Source: Gammaproteobacteria bacterium
GTDB lineage: Bacteria > Pseudomonadota > Gammaproteobacteria > UBA4575
Assembly (NCBI GenBank): GCA_965243395.1
Contig: CBDEUS010000002.1
Coordinates: 128,001-192,000, forward strand
Direction of reading: 5' to 3'
Length of the DNA: 64,000 nt
Shown: positions 56,724 through 64,000 of the stretch, one piece after another
How positions within the stretch are numbered: position 1 is the stretch's first letter
Layout: each line of letters opens with the position of its first letter
Program-made: the position numbers and the translations under genes
Notes under the pieces: generated by a model
The model's database searches: none
The model's input: only the letters and a program-made list of their open reading frames with translations
Told to the model about the DNA's origin: nothing

Positions 56724-57783
56724 GGGATTTTTCCTTCTGTTGTTGCAGGACTTGTTCAAGCACCTTTTTGACCGGCGCCGCCAAGCCTATTTTTTGATCT
56801 GCCATTTTATACCAAACCCCAAGTGCGTCTTCCATTACACTTTTGGGCTTATTCTCTATTTGAATGACGATAGGATGCATGAATAGACGATAATGCGAGA
56901 AAGTATGGGTAATGGTAGGGAGTTTATAATGATCACAAGCGTTTTTGTGGTGTTGACGTGACCACCGTAACAGGGACGTTTCATCCTTAAATTCTGGAAA
57001 ACTATATAAACCTCCCCATATTCCACTCGCTGGACGTTTTTCTAACCAAATGGATCCTTCTTGTTCACTGCGAACAATCGCGACCATCACTTCACGCTCA
57101 GGGATTTTTTTTGTCGGTTTAGGTGTTGGTAGTTCATGCTGACGCTGTTGCGCGAATGCTGCGCAACTTTTTTGGACCGGACAAAGATCACACATGGGTT
57201 TACTACGTGTGCATATGGTTGCTCCCAAGTCCATCATCGCTTGTGTGTAATGCGCAAATTGTTTTTCAGGTAACAAGTCCTCGGCGTGTTGCCAAAGTTG
57301 TTGTTCAACTTCACGCTTGCCCGGCCAACCTTCTAAAGCAAAATACCGCGCCAGCACGCGTTTTACATTGCCATCTAAAATTGCATGGGCTTGATCAAAG
57401 CTTAATGCGAGAATTGCGGCAGCCGTAGAACGACCAATACCGGGCAATGCAACGACTTGTTCGATGTGTTTAGGAAACTGTCCACCATGTAATTCACAAA
57501 TATATTGTGCAGCTTTATGTAAATTACGTGCGCGTGCGTAGTAACCCAAACCTGTCCAGAGATGCAATACATCATCGACATCTGCCGCGGCTAATTTATT
57601 AACAGAAGGAAAACGTTGCATAAACTTTTCATAGTAAGGGATGACAGTATCGACACGTGTTTGCTGCAACATAATTTCTGACACCCAGATACGATAGGGA
57701 TCTTTTATGGTTTGCCAAGGTAAGTCTTTACGCCCATGCTGTGCAAACCAACTCAACACATGCTGACTAAAAGACGGATTCAT
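56692..57783 (-). CDS. mutY: A/G-specific adenine glycosylase
   Basis: [21 protein letters not shown], 4Fe-4[13 protein letters not shown]. Confidence 0.97.
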   Translation of the reverse strand: MNPSFSQHVLSWFAQHGRKDLPWQTIKDPYRIWVSEIMLQQTRVDTVIPYYEKFMQRFPSVNKLAAADVDDVLHLWTGLGYYARARNLHKAAQYICELHGGQFPKHIEQVVALPGIGRSTAAAILALSFDQAHAILDGNVKRVLARYFALEGWPGKREVEQQLWQHAEDLLPEKQFAHYTQAMMDLGATICTRSKPMCDLCPVQKSCAAFAQQRQHELPTPKPTKKIPEREVMVAIVRSEQEGSIWLEKRPASGIWGGLYSFPEFKDETSLLRWSRQHHKNACDHYKLPTITHTFSHYRLFMHPIVIQIENKPKSVMEDALGVWYKMADQKIGLAAPVKKVLEQVLQQQKEKSHDAHGAMCEA

Positions 57784-57788
57784 TCTAT

Positions 57789-58331
57789 TTATTGTTGGGC
57801 TTTGTTTTGAAGTAGCTGAACACTTTCTTTAACACGTTTCTTGAATTTTTTAGTGAGCACATAAGAACGCACAATGGGGGGTATCCAAAACTTGGGTTGC
57901 ATGTCGGCCTCATACGTTACTGATGTCCCTGTAGCACTTGGTTGTAATTCCCACACGGCATAACCTGAACGCAAATCACTTAGCATCGGCACAATAAACG
58001 CTTCCAATTTTTCATTTTGGATTTGAGTGATATCTTCTACACGGGTAATGGTTTTACAAAAAAATAAAACACAGTCTTTAATAACCGTTTTAACACGTAA
58101 ACCATCGCCAACCGGAGAGCTCTCTTGTTCACTTTCAATAATTGCAGGATTCAGATCCGCAATGTTGTCGAAATCCGTAAGCACTGTCATTACGCGCGCA
58201 GGGGGAGCGCTCACTTCAAATGTTGCACTTAAATAATACTTCTTGTCCTCATAGCGAACACCAATATCTTCAGCCATTGCGCCCGCACACAAACCCAACC
58301 AAAGAGTGAACCCTAATAGTAGGGGCTTCAT
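57789..58331 (-). CDS. SRPBCC/polyketide-cyclase family exported protein
   Basis: Signal peptide, VLTDFD..LNP, PKFWIPP. Confidence 0.7.
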   Translation of the reverse strand: MKPLLLGFTLWLGLCAGAMAEDIGVRYEDKKYYLSATFEVSAPPARVMTVLTDFDNIADLNPAIIESEQESSPVGDGLRVKTVIKDCVLFFCKTITRVEDITQIQNEKLEAFIVPMLSDLRSGYAVWELQPSATGTSVTYEADMQPKFWIPPIVRSYVLTKKFKKRVKESVQLLQNKAQQ

Positions 58332-60301
58332 TAGAATAATTTTAGTTTATCTTTAAGCGATTCCCCTAAACCTTCCCCTAATTTATCTGAAATCTCTTCT
58401 TCTATTTTTTTATCAATCTTTTCCTGAAGCTCTTCTTTCTTTTCGGCAATTTTTTCAGCTTGGGCACATTTGAGCGCAGCGCCTGCATCTACACCGTAAC
58501 TTAATTTTTCAAAAGGTCCTTTTACTGAAACCGGTACGCCACATTTATCGGGTTCTTCAGATAAACCAATCGCAATTTCATAGTCCGTAGTTGATTTTGC
58601 TATATCTACTTGCCCTATTCCTTTTGCATGGATCAATGGTGTGTTGAGTGTGAAGTCTTTGTTATCCGACAATCCTTTGGTGATGTTGAAGGTGCCAAAT
58701 AATTTATCAAATACGAGTTCTTCTCCTGTTGGCTTGGGTTCTCGACCCTTCAAGAATGCGGCTGCTTTTTCTACATTGGATGCCAGTTTTGCATCGCGTA
58801 ATGCGCCTTCGGCAGCATTTAATTTTACCTGGCCATCCAAGGCACGCTTCAATTCCGCAACACTATTGCCGGTCGTGTTGATATCCAGAGAAAGATTACT
58901 TACACCACGAACATACGCTTGTTCTTCACCTAAGAAATCAACGCTTAGTTTATCAATCGCTACATCGGCAATGTTGGTAGCCAGTGCGTACTTGGGAGTA
59001 TCACCACGCACATCGACACTCGCCTTACCTTGCATGGAACCGTCATAAAGATTCATCGACATCGGTGTGACTTGCAGTAAGCCACCTTTTGACGTGACCG
59101 TTGCTTTCACATTCGTCATGGTCATTCCGGAAACAATTAATTTCCCCACGGCGATATCACCATTCACGCGCATGTCCCGAAGGGTCTGAGTAGGTAATTC
59201 AATCGGTTCGTTTTCATCCGCGGGTGTACTTTCGGCTTTTTCTTCTGCACTGGAAGTCGGTAACAATTTATCTAAATCCAACAACTCAGAGGCTAATGAA
59301 AATTTAACATTAGGCTTACTAAAGGATTGCACAGAGGCATCCCCTGTGAGTTGCGTATCCACCATGGATAAAACAAGAGAACTTAGACTTAATGCTTCAT
59401 TTGCAAGGTCGGCGTTGATATTCGTTTGCATGGAAACATCGAGTTTGCCTTCCGGGAACGCATCACCCGTGCCCTCTATATTGATTTTTGTGTCTTGCAT
59501 GGCATATTTTTGCGTTGCAAAGTTGCCGCTTACATTCGAGGTCAACTCTAAATCCATTGCGCCATTTGGAAAAGACTCGCCCGTTGAATGTAGGTCTACA
59601 TTCAGCCCATTCAGTTTTAATGTTTGTGCTTTGGAATCGAAAATGGCTTCAGCAAAAATTTTGAGTGTTGCATCCATCACAGGATTTGTATTTTTTAAGT
59701 TCAAATCCATATTTACATCTGTAAGTTTACCGTCGCCTAATGCACCCGTGGTGAGATTAAAAGGTGCGACTTGAATTTTGCTATCGGCCTGATCATCTTG
59801 CCAAAGTAATTCAGCATCCGTAATTTCAATTCCATTGATGGCGAATTCCACATCGGATGATTGCGAACTTTTCTCTTCATTTGTTTTCTCAGACGTTTCC
59901 TCTGGAATCAGGTCATCCCAATTCGTTACGCCCTGAGCATTTTTGTGCAGGTTCATTTTTAAACCATGCAACTTTAATTTTGAAGCATCAATTTTGCCTT
60001 TAAGTAAAGATATCAGGTCAACATTTATATCCACTTCTTCTATGCTGGCCATAGGTTCCTGTCCAAAGCCTTCTGCATTTCCAAAAGTAGTATTCCCTAA
60101 TGAAAGTCCCAGACGTGGAAAAAGTTGAAGACCAACATCTCCCGCAATGGTGAGTTCTCTTCCTGTAGCCTCTTTGGTTTTTTCTACAATGAGAGATTTG
60201 TAGGCATTCTGATCCAGCGTCGATAAAAAGAATGCTCCTGCACCAATTACTAAAATAAGGAGTAATGGGATGGCAATGAGGATGTATTTGATAATTTTCA
60301 C
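58331..60301 (-). CDS. asmA: AsmA family protein
   Basis: TGRELTIAGD..LFPRLG, GVTNWDDL; upstream of mutY. Confidence 0.85.
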   Translation of the reverse strand: MKIIKYILIAIPLLLILVIGAGAFFLSTLDQNAYKSLIVEKTKEATGRELTIAGDVGLQLFPRLGLSLGNTTFGNAEGFGQEPMASIEEVDINVDLISLLKGKIDASKLKLHGLKMNLHKNAQGVTNWDDLIPEETSEKTNEEKSSQSSDVEFAINGIEITDAELLWQDDQADSKIQVAPFNLTTGALGDGKLTDVNMDLNLKNTNPVMDATLKIFAEAIFDSKAQTLKLNGLNVDLHSTGESFPNGAMDLELTSNVSGNFATQKYAMQDTKINIEGTGDAFPEGKLDVSMQTNINADLANEALSLSSLVLSMVDTQLTGDASVQSFSKPNVKFSLASELLDLDKLLPTSSAEEKAESTPADENEPIELPTQTLRDMRVNGDIAVGKLIVSGMTMTNVKATVTSKGGLLQVTPMSMNLYDGSMQGKASVDVRGDTPKYALATNIADVAIDKLSVDFLGEEQAYVRGVSNLSLDINTTGNSVAELKRALDGQVKLNAAEGALRDAKLASNVEKAAAFLKGREPKPTGEELVFDKLFGTFNITKGLSDNKDFTLNTPLIHAKGIGQVDIAKSTTDYEIAIGLSEEPDKCGVPVSVKGPFEKLSYGVDAGAALKCAQAEKIAEKKEELQEKIDKKIEEEISDKLGEGLGESLKDKLKLF

Positions 60302-60364
60302 AGTTGCACTCCTGGCCTAATTATTTTTCTTATCGCTTATTTGACCTTGCTAACGAGAGTAAGT

Positions 60365-60844
60365 TTATGCTTCGCGCATCCATGTCCCCGATTTTCCGCC
60401 CTCTTTGCTCAGCAGTGCAATGTCTTGCAACACCATGCCTCGATCCACAGATTTGCACATGTCATAGATGGTTAACAATGCAATTTGTACGGCGGTTAGG
60501 GCTTCCATCTCCACCCCGGTTTGCCCGCGTGTTTCAGCGGTAGCCTTGCAATACACTGCAGCCGGAGCTTCTTCAATGCTAAATTCTACTTCGACGGATG
60601 TGAGGGCTAGAGGATGGCATAACGGTACAAGCTCTGAGGTTTTCTTGGCGCCCATAATGCCCGCGATGCGTGCGATACCCAACACATCCCCTTTTTTGTG
60701 CCCGCCACTTTGTATGAGCTGTAAGGTTTCGGTTTGCATACGAATGCGTCCATCCGCCACCGCGATTCGATGACTAACAGGTTTCTCGCCCACATCCACC
60801 ATGTGTGCTTCACCTTGCTGATTAAAGTGTGTCAACTTGCTCAT
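60365..60844 (-). CDS. moaC: cyclic pyranopterin monophosphate synthase
   Basis: [25 protein letters not shown]. Confidence 0.97.
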   Translation of the reverse strand: MSKLTHFNQQGEAHMVDVGEKPVSHRIAVADGRIRMQTETLQLIQSGGHKKGDVLGIARIAGIMGAKKTSELVPLCHPLALTSVEVEFSIEEAPAAVYCKATAETRGQTGVEMEALTAVQIALLTIYDMCKSVDRGMVLQDIALLSKEGGKSGTWMREA

Positions 60845-60909
60845 TACCTTTAAATGGTATCATTTCATAATCGATTGTAGGTGAAGAATTCGAGGATTCA
60901 ATTTGCAGA

Positions 60910-61143
60910 ATGACGGTAAACGTTAAATATTTTGCCAGCTTGCGCGAAACGATGGGGCGTAGTAGCGACAGTCTGCCCATCGCTGAATCAATCACGGTTG
61001 AGGATGTTTGGAATCAAGCGACCTCCAATATGACGCGTCCCGATAATTTATTAGTTGCGGTCAATCAAGAATATGCAAGCTTTTCCAAACAAGTGGCCGA
61101 TGGAGATGAAGTTGCGTTTTTCCCACCCGTAACGGGCGGATAG
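60910..61143 (+). CDS. moaD: molybdopterin synthase sulfur carrier
   Basis: YFASLRE, AVNQEY, FFPPVTGG. Confidence 0.96.
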   Translation: MTVNVKYFASLRETMGRSSDSLPIAESITVEDVWNQATSNMTRPDNLLVAVNQEYASFSKQVADGDEVAFFPPVTGG

Positions 61144-61183
61144 CCCACCTTCATCTTTTTCAAAACTGCTTCATACATAAAAC

Positions 61184-61510
61184 ATGAATTTTATTAAAAA
61201 TGACCATGTCATTTACGTTGGTCATGGCTTTAGTTTTTTAGCCTTTATCTTTTCATGGGGCTGGTTGCTTGCTAAAGGCCTCTGGGGATATGGCATTGTG
61301 TTCATGCTGATTCAAATCCCCTTGTATCTATATTCTTTTGCAGGAAATGCTTTTCTCCCATCAATTTCAGAAAAATTGATTAACTTAACCCAAGCCTATC
61401 TTTTATTACCGAATGCGCTAATTTTATTTACACACTTACTGATTGGCTTTAAAGGAAACCAATGGAAACAAGCCATGCTAAAACGCAAGGGTTACAAACT
61501 TATTAAATAA
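61184..61510 (+). CDS. DUF2628-like membrane protein
   Basis: GFSFLAFIF..WLL.KGLW, GFKGNQW. Confidence 0.7.
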   Translation: MNFIKNDHVIYVGHGFSFLAFIFSWGWLLAKGLWGYGIVFMLIQIPLYLYSFAGNAFLPSISEKLINLTQAYLLLPNALILFTHLLIGFKGNQWKQAMLKRKGYKLIK

Positions 61511-61513
61511 AGT

Positions 61514-62878
61514 TTACTGAATCAGTAAAAACAAACCGCGTGAATCGCGTTGTATATTTAATAACACCGCTTCCTTATTTTTCTTCAGTGCATCTTGCAT
61601 ATCGCGAATCGTTTTCACGCGTTTTTTATTGACACTTAAAATTAAGTCGCCTTTACGCAGACCTGAACTTGCTGCTCTGCCATTTACATCGATCACTTCA
61701 ATTCCAGAAATTGATCCGCGTGCTGTATCTTCGCTCACTTCACTAAATTCTGCGCCGGTTAAAAATGGGCTTAGTTTTTTTCCTTGCACGCTTTTCATAA
61801 CTTTATCTTCAAGCGTTGCCTTGAGTGTGCGCGCTTTTCCATTGCGCAAAACATCTATTTTTACCCGATCACCAATTCTAAGTAACCCTATTTCATTACG
61901 CACTTGTGCAGAGCTTGTTACTTCTCCACCATTTACCGCAACAATCACATCACCCACTTGCATATCGGCTTTATCTGCTGGCGAATCCTTTTCAACACGC
62001 GCGACCACTACACCTTTTTTGCGCGAAATACCAAATGCTTGTGCAAGTTCGGGAGTTAAATCCTGTGCACTGAATCCAAGGCGGCCACGTTTAACTTCAC
62101 CATGTTCAATTAATTGTGCTGTGATTTGTTGGGCCATGTTAATGGGTATCGCAAACCCAATTCCCACGTTACCGCCACTAGGGCCATAAATTGCAGTATT
62201 AATACCAATGAGTTCGCCACGCAAATTAACTAACGCCCCACCCGAATTACCGGGATTAATTGATGCATCGGTCTGAATAAAATCTTCATATGATTCGATG
62301 CCCAATCCACTGCGCCCCAGTGCGCTAACAATTCCAGAAGTTACGGTTTGCCCTAGTCCAAACGGATTACCAATTGCCACCACAAAATCACCTTGTCGTA
62401 AGTTATCGGAATCGCCAAATGAAATCTCATTGAGATTAGTGGCTTCAATTTGAATCACCGCAATGTCTGCGCCAGGATCCTTACCTATAACTTTTGCATC
62501 AAAACGTTGGCCATCTTCCAAGGTCACTACAATGTCTTGAGCTTTATCGATAACATGTGAATTGGTAATGACATAACCGTTTTTCGCATCAATAATCACA
62601 CCGGATCCCAAACCCGTTGTCTTTCGCTCTCGCTGTTGTTGCGGAAGATCAAAAAAACGTCGAAAAAACGGATCATCAAAAAAAGGATCCCGCACGATAA
62701 CTTTGCCCGTCGTGGAAATATTGACCACGGAAGGTGTCGTGCGCTCTAACATAGGCGCTAATGAGGGTAAAGGCTCACCGTCTACACTATTTGGCAAACC
62801 TGCATGCACGTTTATATGGCTTACACTGAGTATCACTACCAGACACAGAGCGCAAAGATGTAGCGATTTATTAATCAT
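61514..62878 (-). CDS. degQ: DegQ/DegP-family serine endoprotease
   Basis: TNSHV, QTDASINPGNSGG, two PDZ domains. Confidence 0.9.
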   Translation of the reverse strand: MINKSLHLCALCLVVILSVSHINVHAGLPNSVDGEPLPSLAPMLERTTPSVVNISTTGKVIVRDPFFDDPFFRRFFDLPQQQRERKTTGLGSGVIIDAKNGYVITNSHVIDKAQDIVVTLEDGQRFDAKVIGKDPGADIAVIQIEATNLNEISFGDSDNLRQGDFVVAIGNPFGLGQTVTSGIVSALGRSGLGIESYEDFIQTDASINPGNSGGALVNLRGELIGINTAIYGPSGGNVGIGFAIPINMAQQITAQLIEHGEVKRGRLGFSAQDLTPELAQAFGISRKKGVVVARVEKDSPADKADMQVGDVIVAVNGGEVTSSAQVRNEIGLLRIGDRVKIDVLRNGKARTLKATLEDKVMKSVQGKKLSPFLTGAEFSEVSEDTARGSISGIEVIDVNGRAASSGLRKGDLILSVNKKRVKTIRDMQDALKKNKEAVLLNIQRDSRGLFLLIQ

Positions 62879-62961
62879 AGGCTATGTATTCTTTTTTATA
62901 AGTCCTTTTTGAATCAGACTGAATTATAAGGTCAAAGATCCTTTGTGAATAATCCCTATTT

Positions 62962-63885
62962 TTAAAACTTCTCCCGAGGATTAAACGAAAAACGTTGCGC
63001 CATGTCCTCAAAGTAGCTTTTATCTTGGTCAGATGTAGCTTCAGGCATCATGATTTGGAGTGTGACAATTTGATCACCCTCAGGATTGCCACTCAAACCA
63101 CGTTTTTTTAAACGTAATTTTTTACCTGATTGCGAACCGGCAGGAATTTTAGTCTCTACACGACCACCTAAGGTTGGCACTTCAACACGTGCACCTAATG
63201 TAGCCTCCCAAGGGGTAATGGGAAGATCCAATAGAATATCTTTACCTTCTAACTTAAATAAGCGGTGTGGTGTAATGGAAACTTCTAAATACAAATCACC
63301 ATTCGGCCCTCCACCTGTACCCGCACCTCCCTGACCGGAAAGACGTATGCGCTTACCCGAAGTAATGCCTTTGGGAATTTTTACATCTAAGTTTCGTCCA
63401 CTACCTAAACGAATATTTTTCTTTACACCATTAAAGGCATCTTCGAGTGACACAGAAATACTCGCATGTTGATCGGCACCTTGAGTTCGCACATTTGAAC
63501 GACTAAATCCTGGCCTTGCACTTTGTGCGAATCCACCACCAAACATGGATTCAAAAAAATCGCTAAAGCCACTGGCACCAAAACCACCAGCAGTTGATCC
63601 TGCTGAAAATCCTGCATTCGTAAAAATATCTTCCCAACCAGGAGGAGGATTAAAATTTTGTCCCGCTTTCCAGTTTGCGCCAAGTTGATCATAAGCTTGT
63701 CGTTTTTGTGGGTCTTTTAATACCTCATAGGCTTCACCCACTTCTTTAAACTTTTCTTCGGAATTCGATTCTTTGCTCACATCAGGGTGATACTTGCGCG
63801 CAAGACGACGATAAGCTGTTTTGATATCAGCCTCTTTCGCATCACGTTCTACGCCGAGTATTTTGTAATAATCTTTATATTCCAT
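62962..63885 (-). CDS. cbpA: class II DnaJ / curved DNA-binding protein
   Basis: MEYKDYY..HPD, G/F region, no Zn finger, FNPR end. Confidence 0.88.
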   Translation of the reverse strand: MEYKDYYKILGVERDAKEADIKTAYRRLARKYHPDVSKESNSEEKFKEVGEAYEVLKDPQKRQAYDQLGANWKAGQNFNPPPGWEDIFTNAGFSAGSTAGGFGASGFSDFFESMFGGGFAQSARPGFSRSNVRTQGADQHASISVSLEDAFNGVKKNIRLGSGRNLDVKIPKGITSGKRIRLSGQGGAGTGGGPNGDLYLEVSITPHRLFKLEGKDILLDLPITPWEATLGARVEVPTLGGRVETKIPAGSQSGKKLRLKKRGLSGNPEGDQIVTLQIMMPEATSDQDKSYFEDMAQRFSFNPREKF

Positions 63886-63917
63886 ACCACCCTACATTTT
63901 AATCAAGCTAACATGAA

Positions 63918-63941
63918 AGCGCCGCGTAATTTCGCGGCGCT
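63918..63941. terminator. GC-rich hairpin upstream of cbpA
   Basis: AGCGCCGCG-N6-CGCGGCGCT. Confidence 0.5.
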
Positions 63942-64000
63942 CATCAACATCCATGTAAAACTTCCGTTTTAATAACTTTCCATAAATTAGCAATCTATCC

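Noticed and set aside
58641-63334. Long plus-strand ORFs antisense to asmA, moaC, degQ and cbpA
   Set aside because: Antisense shadows of well-supported genes.

Overview
AT-rich, probably gammaproteobacterial window. The right end (56.3-64 kb) is core genome: tRNA-Phe, yggX, mutY, asmA, moaC, moaD, a degQ-type protease and a cbpA-type DnaJ. Everything to the left looks like stacked islands accreted at tRNA-Phe, with a 47-bp att duplication (26858/56292), a tyrosine integrase, satellite-type AlpA/Rep/TerS genes and recurring 11-bp-period arm-type repeats. The main result is a minus-strand module at 7.8-16.9 kb. In transcription order it has an rRNA-type promoter, an unannotated 51-codon leader ORF, a five-segment attenuator, boxA, and 27 tRNA genes for all 20 amino acids (several non-canonical). 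One tRNA sits inside a GOLLD-like RNA, and a 23-bp leader/trailer helix brackets the array. Next come an HNH nuclease, a second ~570-nt structured RNA with an embedded tRNA mimic, an SPFH/slipin protein, a SEC-C gene that seems to need two +1 frameshifts, RtcB and an RlaP-type nucleotidyltransferase. I interpret this as a tRNA back-up and RNA-repair system induced by translation failure. A second candidate system is a run of small gene cassettes (34.4-41.4 kb) delimited by 30-bp 12-6-12 palindromic sites of alternating orientation. All folding and family calls were made by eye or from memory; no searches were run.
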